From: a virus
Length of the DNA: 21,292 bases
Direction: 5' to 3' (one strand)
Virus genome (UHGV): UHGV-0273766
Below, in pieces: positions 10,310 to 18,405 of the stretch. The translations under genes and the position numbers were made by a program. Each line of letters begins with the position of its first letter. The first letter of the stretch is position 1. The notes below the pieces were generated by a model. The model was given only the letters and a program-made list of their open reading frames with translations. It searched no databases and had not been told where the DNA came from.

Positions 10310-10921
10310 TCAAAGAGAAAAGCTAAAGCCCAGAAGGGAAGCCAAAGAACTTGAGGATTGGTTAAACGTGCTGTGCAATGCGAAGGTCATTGGGAATGAC
10401 TTAAATTCAGTAACCTGATCTCGCGCATAGGTGACATCGCCGGTAGTGACCGGGAATACCGTCATCTCATTTTCCAGTTTGGTTAAGCCGGAAGACAGCA
10501 ACCGATAAATACGCACATTGAGCAAATATTTAGACGGTATATTCCCGGTACCGTCCGGATTGATTACCCGACTTTTTGCCGTCTTAAACCAGTCCAAAAC
10601 GAGGCCATCAACGGTATCCCTGACCATCATTGTTATCTGCCCTGGCGAACGCTCCGTTGGTTGAAGGATATTCCCTCCGCCGATTTTAATCGTTTCATAT
10701 TCGATGCTGTAATCGTGGTAGGTAATATCTTTGGCAAAGAAGTCTGCCCCCTCCAGTCCATCAACTTCGACAGAGAACTGCCATCCTTGCGCGAACAGCA
10801 TTTTGTTCATGATGATTGACGTCAGCTTACCAACTTCCCGTTCACCAACGCCGGAGCCAAATAATGTCGTCGTTAATGCCGAAGATACATAAGACTTTAC
10901 TGAAGCAACATTAAACCCCAT
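10310..10921 (-). CDS. Hypothetical protein (203 aa), probable tail morphogenesis or structural protein
   Basis: Complete ORF with GAGAGG-type Shine-Dalgarno; tightly packed in the minus-strand operon. Confidence 0.55.
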   Translation of the reverse strand: MGFNVASVKSYVSSALTTTLFGSGVGEREVGKLTSIIMNKMLFAQGWQFSVEVDGLEGADFFAKDITYHDYSIEYETIKIGGGNILQPTERSPGQITMMVRDTVDGLVLDWFKTAKSRVINPDGTGNIPSKYLLNVRIYRLLSSGLTKLENEMTVFPVTTGDVTYARDQVTEFKSFPMTFALHSTFNQSSSSLASLLGFSFSL

Positions 10922-10931
10922 ATCAGCCCTC

Positions 10932-11522
<591 letters not shown>

Positions 11523-11556
11523 TTAACCGATTCTACGAGTAGTCATTTGTGACAGG

Positions 11557-12033
11557 TCATTTTGCGCGCTTCAGGCAGCCATCTTCAGGTGCCGCGTTGA
11601 AAAGCTCTGCGGCCTTACGTAGCGTAAATGTTGCGATTTTTTTTCCGTCTACGTATGCATCGAATGTTTTAACTTCCATATCAGGGGTATCTGACCAAAA
11701 ACCATACCAGTAACTATCACCCACAGAGGAACCGATAGAACTGATAGGATATTCATCATCACCAACTTTCAGCGTTATTTGTTCTTTTTTAGCATCAAAT
11801 GACTCACCGCCAGGTTCTGTTTTCATGAGAGTGAGTAGTCGTGTTCCTACTTGATTGGGATCCGTATTATTAAATCCAACATCGCACTCAAATGTAAGCG
11901 TATAATTATCTTTGCTGGAAACAGCATAAGAACGAACACCATGAGTCTCGCCGGTTGACCATTTGCTTACATTTGCCATTGATGAAAATGGAGTAAGCAA
12001 AGCAAGAATTAGAAAAAATCGTTTGATGCGCAT
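11557..12033 (-). CDS. Secreted or periplasmic small protein (158 aa) with N-terminal signal peptide; AT-rich gene
   Basis: N-terminus MRIKRFFLILALLTPFSSMA is a classical Sec signal peptide; gene and flanking intergenic regions look AT-rich by eye (not computed); two Cys in the mature part. Confidence 0.6.
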   Translation of the reverse strand: MRIKRFFLILALLTPFSSMANVSKWSTGETHGVRSYAVSSKDNYTLTFECDVGFNNTDPNQVGTRLLTLMKTEPGGESFDAKKEQITLKVGDDEYPISSIGSSVGDSYWYGFWSDTPDMEVKTFDAYVDGKKIATFTLRKAAELFNAAPEDGCLKRAK

Positions 12034-12094
12034 TAATTTATCTCCTTTGGATATTAACGATTATCAATATTTTAATTGGTTATCCATAATATAT

Positions 12095-12742
12095 TTACCA
12101 TTCATAGGGTAAATTAAGCGCTTTTAAACCTTGCTGGAAGGTATTAAGTGAACCGTTCTTTTGTTGTTCCATTTGTTCGCGTGCCGCTTTCTCATACTGC
12201 TCCATCCGTTGGTTATACTCTTGCAATTCCTCTGGTGAGAGGTTTCCCATTGGGGAGTTTGTACCCGGCCCCCTGGCCCGCTCTTCAAGTGTACCCTGCA
12301 CGTTTTGATGGCGCATTCCTGGGGCATTTCTGATTGAGTCAATGCCATTTCTTCCAACGTCTTCTTTATTAACGGCATTGCTCGCCACCAGCACACCCCA
12401 GCTAGGAATAGCAAAATCAGGAGCGGTTTCGCATGCCTTTACCATATAATCGAAAGTGCTTCGATTGATCTCATTTGCATCGGGGTTTAATAGGCGAGAA
12501 TATTGGTATTTAGCATTTGCGTTGGTTGAGACTTTATACAGTTCCTGCTGCACCATCGCTTCAGAAAGTTTAAGGCGCTTCATATCTGACAGTAACTTCT
12601 TGCGCATGGATTCGTCTTCACTGACAGCAAATCCGTAAACGTGCCCAAGGTATTTCGTATAATCGGTACAAATCTCCTTTACGCTTGATGCTGCATTAAC
12701 AGTCCCAGCCATAAATAATAACGGTAGTAATAGTTTTCTCAT
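12095..12742 (-). CDS. Secreted protein (215 aa from the second ATG), candidate superinfection-exclusion (P1 Sim-like) protein
   Basis: Signal peptide MRKLLLPLLFMAGTVNA with GGTGAGG Shine-Dalgarno upstream of the internal ATG (the ORF track starts 9 codons earlier at 12769). C-terminal segment NAPGMRHQNVQGTLEERARGPGT is shared with the Sit-like protein. Confidence 0.6.
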   Translation of the reverse strand: MRKLLLPLLFMAGTVNAASSVKEICTDYTKYLGHVYGFAVSEDESMRKKLLSDMKRLKLSEAMVQQELYKVSTNANAKYQYSRLLNPDANEINRSTFDYMVKACETAPDFAIPSWGVLVASNAVNKEDVGRNGIDSIRNAPGMRHQNVQGTLEERARGPGTNSPMGNLSPEELQEYNQRMEQYEKAAREQMEQQKNGSLNTFQQGLKALNLPYEW

Positions 12743-12838
12743 TATAACCTCACCTGCCTTATAACTCATTTAGGGTACATATTTTCGCCTTTAAAAAAAA
12801 GAGGTTATTAGATCCAATTGTGCATTTATTAAACAAAC

Positions 12839-12855
12839 AATGCTCTAATAAATTT
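12839..12855 (+). promoter_or_regulatory. P1-type C1 repressor operator (Op51-like)
   Basis: AATGCTCTAATAAATTT matches 16 of 17 positions of the P1 C1 operator consensus ATTGCTCTAATAAATTT (recalled from the literature). Confidence 0.6.
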
Positions 12856-13019
12856 GTATTTTTAAGTCACGAATGCTATCTTTTCGCATCATATTGACCT
12901 TTTAATCGTTCAGGCTTATAGTTCCGCCGTCGTAGCAAATTCTGCGACCGGGTTTAGCAGCCTGAATGTTAGTGCGGACAACCGCAGATATCCGATATTG
13001 CGGTATTTTTGTGTCCGTA

Positions 13020-13110
13020 AAACCGCGTTACGCCCAAATTATGGTGGGGCGTGATGGGGAGGCTTCGGCCTGCTGGTTTCACTAACGCCAGTCTGCTAAC
13101 CCCGTCACGT
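13020..13110 (+). ncRNA. Putative c4-like antisense repressor RNA region (boundaries approximate)
   Basis: Between the operator and the icd-like ORF. Elements CACTAAC (13080-13086) and CTGCTAA (13093-13099) are complementary to GTTAGTG (13152-13158, overlapping the Shine-Dalgarno of the icd-like ORF) and TTAGCAG (13123-13129). Contains a GGC-TTCG-GCC hairpin. Confidence 0.35.
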
Positions 13111-13169
13111 CCTGCCACCTGTTTAGCAGCGGGTAGCAGGTTGTTAAACCTGTTAGTGAGGCCGTAACT

Positions 13170-13391
13170 ATGGTTAATGCCAATCCTTGCGCACGCCAAG
13201 AATTCATCTGGCGTTTCTATTCCTGTAAAAAACACCACTATCACTTCGTTATCGCAGCAACAGAAGACGAAGCACGCTCTCAATTGCCTGATGGCCCCTG
13301 CATTTTTACTGCCCGTTTTTCAACTAACTCGCGCAATTCACTTAGTTACTGGAGCCTCCCCTTCTCTGCCGACGTTCAGGGGGGTTTATGA
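13170..13391 (+). CDS. icd: Icd-like small protein (73 aa), translationally coupled to the antirepressor
   Basis: GAGG about 8 nt upstream of the ATG; its stop overlaps the antirepressor ATG (ATGA). Size and position match P1 icd as I recall it. Confidence 0.45.
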   Translation: MVNANPCARQEFIWRFYSCKKHHYHFVIAATEDEARSQLPDGPCIFTARFSTNSRNSLSYWSLPFSADVQGGL

Positions 13392-14422
13392 AAACACCTC
13401 TCGTCACCCGTAATGAAATAGCCGAAGCGATCGCCTTGCATACAATCTGTATGCCGACACGGGAGATCCCCGGCGCAATTGCCAACTATTTCATGATAAC
13501 CAGGCGTTTTTATACCCGAACAGATAAGGCTGTGATCAACAGGCTACTGATAGCCGAGATCAGGGATTATTTGATTGAACAAGGACGTCTACGTTACGCA
13601 ACAGTGGCAGCAGAAATGAGAAAGGAGGCACATAGAATGACCGGTAATAATTTAAATGTTGAAAAACCAGCACCTGTTGCTTCAGCTACGCCAGCACCAG
13701 CCCTGAATGTCATCCCCAACACCGGAGACACAATCGACAGCCAAACATTGTTGAAGATGGTCAATGAGGCACGGAAATTATGTAGCGAAAAACCAGTTCG
13801 CAACAATGATTTCATTGCCAGAGTTAAGGATGAGCTTGAAGGAGAAACCTACGAAATTTTCGTAGGTCAAAAAAACGGCGCAGAAATAGATATTATAACC
13901 ATGACCTACAAACAAGCCCTGCGAGTTGCCGCGCGCGAGTCAAAAGCGGTCCGCCGTTCGCTGATCGACAAACTGGAAGAATTACAGCAGGCAAACTCCC
14001 CTACCCCATCGATCCCCCAAACATTACCAGAAGCCCTACGCCTGGCTGCCGAGTTGGCAGAACAGAAAATGCATCTGGAACAACAGCTGGTGGCCGCAGC
14101 ACCTAAAGTCGATTTTGCCGACCGGGTATCAGTGGCTAATGGAATCCTGATCGGTAACTTTGCAAAGGTCGTTGGACTTAAGCAAAACGCCCTTTTCTCA
14201 TGGTTGCGCCAGAACGGCATTCTCATGGCTTTTGGTGCGCGCAAAAACGTACCGCGCCAGCAGTACATTAACGCCGGGTATTTCACGGTGAAAGAAGTGG
14301 TGCTGGATGATGAAAATGGCTATCAGATACGGCTGACGCCACAATTAACGGGTAAAGGCCAGCAGTGGTTAACTCGCAAGCTACTTGATGCTGGTTTGTT
14401 AAAACCAGTAGCAATAGGTTAA
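13388..14422 (+). CDS. ant: Phage antirepressor with C-terminal KilAC/ANT domain (344 aa)
   Basis: C-terminal LPEALRLAAELAEQK...APKVDFADRV...ILIGNFAKVVG...QQYINAGYFTVKE...TGKGQQWLTRKLLDAG matches the KilA-C/ANT family by eye; G-rich Shine-Dalgarno; followed by a terminator. Confidence 0.75.
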   Translation: MKTPLVTRNEIAEAIALHTICMPTREIPGAIANYFMITRRFYTRTDKAVINRLLIAEIRDYLIEQGRLRYATVAAEMRKEAHRMTGNNLNVEKPAPVASATPAPALNVIPNTGDTIDSQTLLKMVNEARKLCSEKPVRNNDFIARVKDELEGETYEIFVGQKNGAEIDIITMTYKQALRVAARESKAVRRSLIDKLEELQQANSPTPSIPQTLPEALRLAAELAEQKMHLEQQLVAAAPKVDFADRVSVANGILIGNFAKVVGLKQNALFSWLRQNGILMAFGARKNVPRQQYINAGYFTVKEVVLDDENGYQIRLTPQLTGKGQQWLTRKLLDAGLLKPVAIG

Positions 14423-14435
14423 CAAAAGAAAAAAA

Positions 14436-14460
14436 CCTGCCAGCAAACTGGCAGGTTTCT
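14436..14460 (+). terminator. Rho-independent terminator after the antirepressor gene
   Basis: Stem CCTGCCAG / CTGGCAGG (8 bp), loop CAAA, then TTTCT. Confidence 0.7.
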
Positions 14461-14500
14461 GAGCAGATCGTCCAACCCGATCTGGATCGGGTCAGAAAAA

Positions 14501-14517
14501 TTTGCTCTAATAAATTT
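14501..14517 (+). promoter_or_regulatory. P1-type C1 repressor operator (Op53-like) upstream of the kilA-repL-like operon
   Basis: TTTGCTCTAATAAATTT matches 16 of 17 positions of ATTGCTCTAATAAATTT. Flanked by inverted repeats at 14476-14491 (CCCGATC-TG-GATCGGG) and 14536-14559 (AATCACCA-N8-TGGTGATT). Confidence 0.6.
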
Positions 14518-14586
14518 CGTTTTCTAAGTGCAAAGAATCACCATTTCGAGCTGGTGATTGAAGGTTGATGCAAATTTGGAGAAAAA

Positions 14587-15387
14587 ATGCAACAAACATT
14601 CAATGCGGATATGAATATATCAAACCTTCATCAAAATGTCGATCCTTCAACCACTCTGCCCGTTATTTGTGGTGTTGAAATTACGACCGACCGCGCTGGC
14701 CGTTACAACCTTAATGCTCTACACAGAGCGAGCGGACTCGGTGCCCATAAAGCGCCAGCTCAATGGCTAAGAACGCTGTCAGCCAAACAGCTCATCGAAG
14801 AGCTTGAAAAAGAAACTATGCAGAATTGCATAGTTTCGTTCGAAGGCCGTGGCGGCGGCACTTTTGCCCATGAATTGCTCGCAGTGGAGTACGCAGGCTG
14901 GATTTCTCCCGCGTTTCGGCTGAAGGTAAACCAGACATTTATCGACTATCGAGCCGGAAGATTACAACCTGCTATTCCGAAGAGCCTCCCAGAAGCTCTC
15001 CGTTTGGCTGCTGACCTGGCAGAGCAAAAGCAACGGCTGGAGCAAAAAATGCTGATGGATGCACCTAAAGTCGAATTCGCCGAACGCGTTGCTACCGCCA
15101 GCGGGGTTCTAATCGGCAACTATGCCAAAGTGCTCGGCTTGGGCCAAAACTATCTCTTCACCTGGTTGCGTGATAACGGAATTCTGATCGCAACCGGTGA
15201 ACGCAGGAACGTCCCCAAACAAGAATACATATCCCGTGGGTATTTCACCCTTAAAGAAACCGTGATCGATACAAGCAATGGAAGCAGGATTTCTTTCACG
15301 ACTCGTATAACCGGCAAAGGTCAGCAGTGGCTGATGAAGCGATTGCTTGATGCTGGTGTGCTGGTACCTGTCGCGGCAACGCGCTAA
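14587..15387 (+). CDS. kilA: KilA-N plus KilAC domain protein (266 aa), KilA/antirepressor-like
   Basis: N-terminal KilA-N-like signature (NLNALHRASGLG...GTFAHELLAVEYAGWISPAF); C-terminal half is paralogous to the C-terminus of the upstream antirepressor. Confidence 0.7.
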   Translation: MQQTFNADMNISNLHQNVDPSTTLPVICGVEITTDRAGRYNLNALHRASGLGAHKAPAQWLRTLSAKQLIEELEKETMQNCIVSFEGRGGGTFAHELLAVEYAGWISPAFRLKVNQTFIDYRAGRLQPAIPKSLPEALRLAADLAEQKQRLEQKMLMDAPKVEFAERVATASGVLIGNYAKVLGLGQNYLFTWLRDNGILIATGERRNVPKQEYISRGYFTLKETVIDTSNGSRISFTTRITGKGQQWLMKRLLDAGVLVPVAATR

Positions 15388-15416
15388 CAGACGTAGTAAG
15401 AACCACCAGCATTGTA

Positions 15417-16262
15417 ATGCTGGCTAAAGTCACTTTCCTGAGCTGTATAACGATGAGCGATTTTACTTTTTCTGGCTATGAATTGGCCTTCTTTGTAACA
15501 CACTCCGGTCTATCCCGTAGCGCCGGGCATATCCTGTCGCAATGTGCAAATCTCGCGGCAACAACCAGTGAATACTTCATTCACAAGCCCCACCGCCTGA
15601 TCGCGGCAGAAACTGGTTATAGCCAATCAACCGTCGTTCGTGCATTCCGTGAAGCTGTAAACAAAGGAATTCTATCTGTAGAGATTGTTATCGGCGATCA
15701 CCGTGAACGTCGCGCTAACCTGTACCGGTTTACACCATCCTTTTTGGCCTTCGCACAACAAGCCAAAAATGCGCTGATTGAAAGCAAATTAAAAATCTCT
15801 TCAGCGGCAACCAAGGTTAAAGCTGTTCTCGCTAAGACATTGGCTTTATTTAATTTTTTATCCACACCCCCATGTCAAAATGATACCCCCTCCCCATGTC
15901 AGGATGACGTGGCAATAAAGAATAAGAAGTCACAAGTTAAAAAAACAAAAAGATCAGTTTCCGGCGGTGCCGGAACGATCAGACTCAAAAAATTGACTTC
16001 ATGGATCGCTGAGACAAAAGCAAAGGCTGACAATCTGCGGTTATCCAAAAAACGCGCACAAAAACATGAGTTCAAGCAGAAAGTAGAGGCGGCAGCGCGG
16101 AAATATGCTTACCTGAAGAACAAGCGTTCTCCTGATATTGGCGGGGTATCAAACTTCGATAATCTGCCGCATTGCATGACGGTAAACGAAGCTCTTAATG
16201 CGGTTTTAGCCAAAAATAAAGATAACGAACAATGGGGTATACCGGCAGGATTCAGAGGGTGA
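15417..16262 (+). CDS. repL: RepL-like lytic replication protein candidate (281 aa) with N-terminal HTH-like segment
   Basis: Follows the kilA-like gene as in the P1 kilA-repL operon; HTH-like segment (LIAAETGYSQSTVVRAFREAVNKGIL); Lys-rich C-terminal half; matches my recollection of RepL size. Start codon uncertain (alternative ATG at 15453). Confidence 0.45.
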   Translation: MLAKVTFLSCITMSDFTFSGYELAFFVTHSGLSRSAGHILSQCANLAATTSEYFIHKPHRLIAAETGYSQSTVVRAFREAVNKGILSVEIVIGDHRERRANLYRFTPSFLAFAQQAKNALIESKLKISSAATKVKAVLAKTLALFNFLSTPPCQNDTPSPCQDDVAIKNKKSQVKKTKRSVSGGAGTIRLKKLTSWIAETKAKADNLRLSKKRAQKHEFKQKVEAAARKYAYLKNKRSPDIGGVSNFDNLPHCMTVNEALNAVLAKNKDNEQWGIPAGFRG

Positions 16263-16312
16263 TAGATTGCTCTAATCTGGAGTTACCTGGCGTTTTCAGT
16301 TTGAGGTCGGAG

Positions 16313-16558
16313 ATGCAATCTGATTTTTTACAGTTAGCGATCGCTTTTGCAGGATATGTTTGTATTGGCTTCTGTGTATACATGATCAGCCGAAAAATGC
16401 TTGTCGATATCGACCGCAAAGAACAAGCAGAGGAGATCTTAGTATGGATTTTCTTTGGCGCGGTCTGGCCATTAGGGATCATGTTTGCTGCAACATTTCT
16501 TCTGATGTGGATATTCACCCTTCCAGGTGATTTCTATAGAAAAAAAGCCAGACATTGA
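16313..16558 (+). CDS. Small membrane protein, two predicted transmembrane helices (81 aa from ATG 16313; the ORF track extends to 16232)
   Basis: Hydrophobic stretches LAIAFAGYVCIGFCVYMI and ILVWIFFGAVWPLGIMFAATFLLMWIF; GGAG just upstream of the ATG. Confidence 0.45.
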   Translation: MQSDFLQLAIAFAGYVCIGFCVYMISRKMLVDIDRKEQAEEILVWIFFGAVWPLGIMFAATFLLMWIFTLPGDFYRKKARH

Positions 16559-16738
16559 TACAATCGTTGCGGGTGCTTGAGGCTATCTGCTTCAGGTATT
16601 ACCCGAAAAGCAGATAGAAGAAAGCCCCAGATAACATTACGCGTCCTGCAAGACGCTTAACATTAATCTGAGGCTCAATCTATGAACGGCAAATCTAGGT
16701 TAGCCTCTTACGTGCCGAAAGGCAAGGAGAAGCAGGCT

Positions 16739-16894
16739 ATGAAGCAGCAAAAGGCGATGTTAATCGCCCTGATCGTCATCTGTTTAACCGTCATAGTGAC
16801 GGCACTGGTAACGAGGAAAGACCTCTGCGAGTTACGAATCCGAACCGGCCAGACGGAGGTCGCTGTCTTCACAGTTTACGAACCTGAGGAGTAA
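16739..16894 (+). CDS. hok: Hok/Gef family type I toxin (51 aa), HokD/RelF-like
   Basis: MKQQKAMLIALIVICLTVIVTALVTRKDLCELRIRTGQTEVAVFTVYEPEE is a canonical Hok/Gef sequence; AAGGAGA Shine-Dalgarno; in-frame upstream extension from 16682 (Mok-like leader); GC-rich hairpin at 16903-16924 downstream. Confidence 0.85.
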   Translation: MKQQKAMLIALIVICLTVIVTALVTRKDLCELRIRTGQTEVAVFTVYEPEE

Positions 16895-16932
16895 GAGACC
16901 CGGCGAGGGAGAAATCCCTCGCCACCTCTGAT

Positions 16933-17340
16933 GTGTCAGGCATCCTCAACGCACCCGCACGTAACCCGCTTCGGCGGGTTTTGTTTTTTCCTGGCATTCT
17001 GGTTTACAATTCGCACGCCAGCCTGAACAACTGGCACCTGCTGCGCCAGCAGAGACAACCGATGGCGCACGATACCAAATTACACAATTCTGATGATTCT
17101 GCCGTCTTTGCCAGCAGGCACGGGCGGCGTTCCCGCACTTTCAAATCTGACTGGTTCCAGCATCCCCCATGCACTGAAGAACAGGCCGAGTGGCTAATTC
17201 AGTGCTACCGCAGACACGGATACGAGATTAAGAAAGCCCTCAGCCTCGATTATCGTCACTGGATAATCTCCGTCAGGCTTCCTTACTCCGAACGATCACC
17301 GCGTCCGTCCCGCACATTCCAGCAACGCATCTGGAGGTAA
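16933..17340 (+). CDS. Hypothetical protein (up to 135 aa; start uncertain, possibly the internal ATG at 17062)
   Basis: ORF between hok and the DUF968 gene, in the position occupied by rem in the Qin prophage; no recognisable motif. Confidence 0.35.
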   Translation: MSGILNAPARNPLRRVLFFPGILVYNSHASLNNWHLLRQQRQPMAHDTKLHNSDDSAVFASRHGRRSRTFKSDWFQHPPCTEEQAEWLIQCYRRHGYEIKKALSLDYRHWIISVRLPYSERSPRPSRTFQQRIWR

Positions 17341-17341
17341 C

Positions 17342-18388
17342 GTGCGAGTATTACTTCGACCTGTTCTGGTACCGGAACTCGGGCTGGTGATCGTTAAGCC
17401 GGGCCGTGAATCCATGCCGGTATTCCACAATACCCGGGTACTGGTGGAGCCGGAACCGAAAAGCATGCGTAATCTGCCGTCCGGGGGCGTTCCTGCCGTT
17501 CGCCAGCCGCTGGTGGAAGACAAAACATTGCTGCCGTTTTTCAGTAACGCACGGGTGATTCGTGCTGCTGGTGGTGCTGGTGCATTGTCTGACTGGCTGT
17601 TGCGCCATATTAAATCCTGCCAGTGGCCACACGGCGATTATCATCACAGCGAAACCGTCATTCACCGTTATGGTACCGGCGCAATGGTGTTGTGCTGGCA
17701 CTGCGACAACCAGTTGCGTGACCAGACCTCCGAATCACTTGAGCAACTTGCTCACCAAAACTTGTCAGCATGGATGATTGACGTCATTCGTCACGCAATG
17801 AATGGCACACAGGAGCGGGAATTATCGCTGGCTGAATTATCTTGGTGGGCAACCATAAATAACGTAGCGGACGCACTACCGGAGACGGTATTACGTCGTT
17901 CGCTGGGATTGCGCGCGGAAAAAATTAGCTCAGTATACCGCGAGAGCGACATCGTGCCGGGAGAGCAGAGTGCCACCAGCATGCTGAAGCAGCGCACAAA
18001 AAATATTGCGCCGCTGCTTCACGCCCACCAGCAAAACCCGCCACAGGAAAAGACGGTGGTCAGCATTGCCGTTGAGCCGGAGTCTCCGGAATCTTTCATG
18101 AAACGACCTAAACGTCGCCGCTGGCTTAACGAGAAATACACGCGCTGGGTTAAGACACAGCCGTGTGCATGTTGTGGAAAGCCTGCTGATGATCCCCACC
18201 ACTTGATAGGCCACGGTCAGGGTGGAATGGGTACTAAAGCGCATGACCTCTTTGTGTTGCCTTTGTGCAGAAAACATCACGACGAGCTGCATGCGGATAC
18301 CGTGGCATTTGAAGAGAAGTATGGCTCCCAGCTGGAGCTGATATTTCGTTTTATCGATCGTGCGCTGGCAATAGGCGTGCTGGCCTGA
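17342..18388 (+). CDS. DUF968-family protein (YdfU-like) with C-terminal Cys/His HNH-like motif (348 aa; GTG start, uncertain)
   Basis: C-terminal CACCGK...DDPHHL...GGMGTKAHDLFVLPLCRKHHDELH is characteristic of DUF968 proteins found in lambdoid nin regions; order hok, small ORF, DUF968, Q mirrors the Qin prophage. Confidence 0.7.
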   Translation: MRVLLRPVLVPELGLVIVKPGRESMPVFHNTRVLVEPEPKSMRNLPSGGVPAVRQPLVEDKTLLPFFSNARVIRAAGGAGALSDWLLRHIKSCQWPHGDYHHSETVIHRYGTGAMVLCWHCDNQLRDQTSESLEQLAHQNLSAWMIDVIRHAMNGTQERELSLAELSWWATINNVADALPETVLRRSLGLRAEKISSVYRESDIVPGEQSATSMLKQRTKNIAPLLHAHQQNPPQEKTVVSIAVEPESPESFMKRPKRRRWLNEKYTRWVKTQPCACCGKPADDPHHLIGHGQGGMGTKAHDLFVLPLCRKHHDELHADTVAFEEKYGSQLELIFRFIDRALAIGVLA

Positions 18389-18405
18389 TTTTGTGGAGAA
18401 AGTTG

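Noticed and set aside
12969-13413. ORFs 12969-13283 (minus) and 13177-13413 (plus) in the operator-to-antirepressor interval
   Set aside because: They overlap the predicted c4-like RNA and icd-like ORF, lack a Shine-Dalgarno, and are in a region better explained by non-coding regulation; the 13170-13391 frame is preferred because of its ATGA coupling to the antirepressor.
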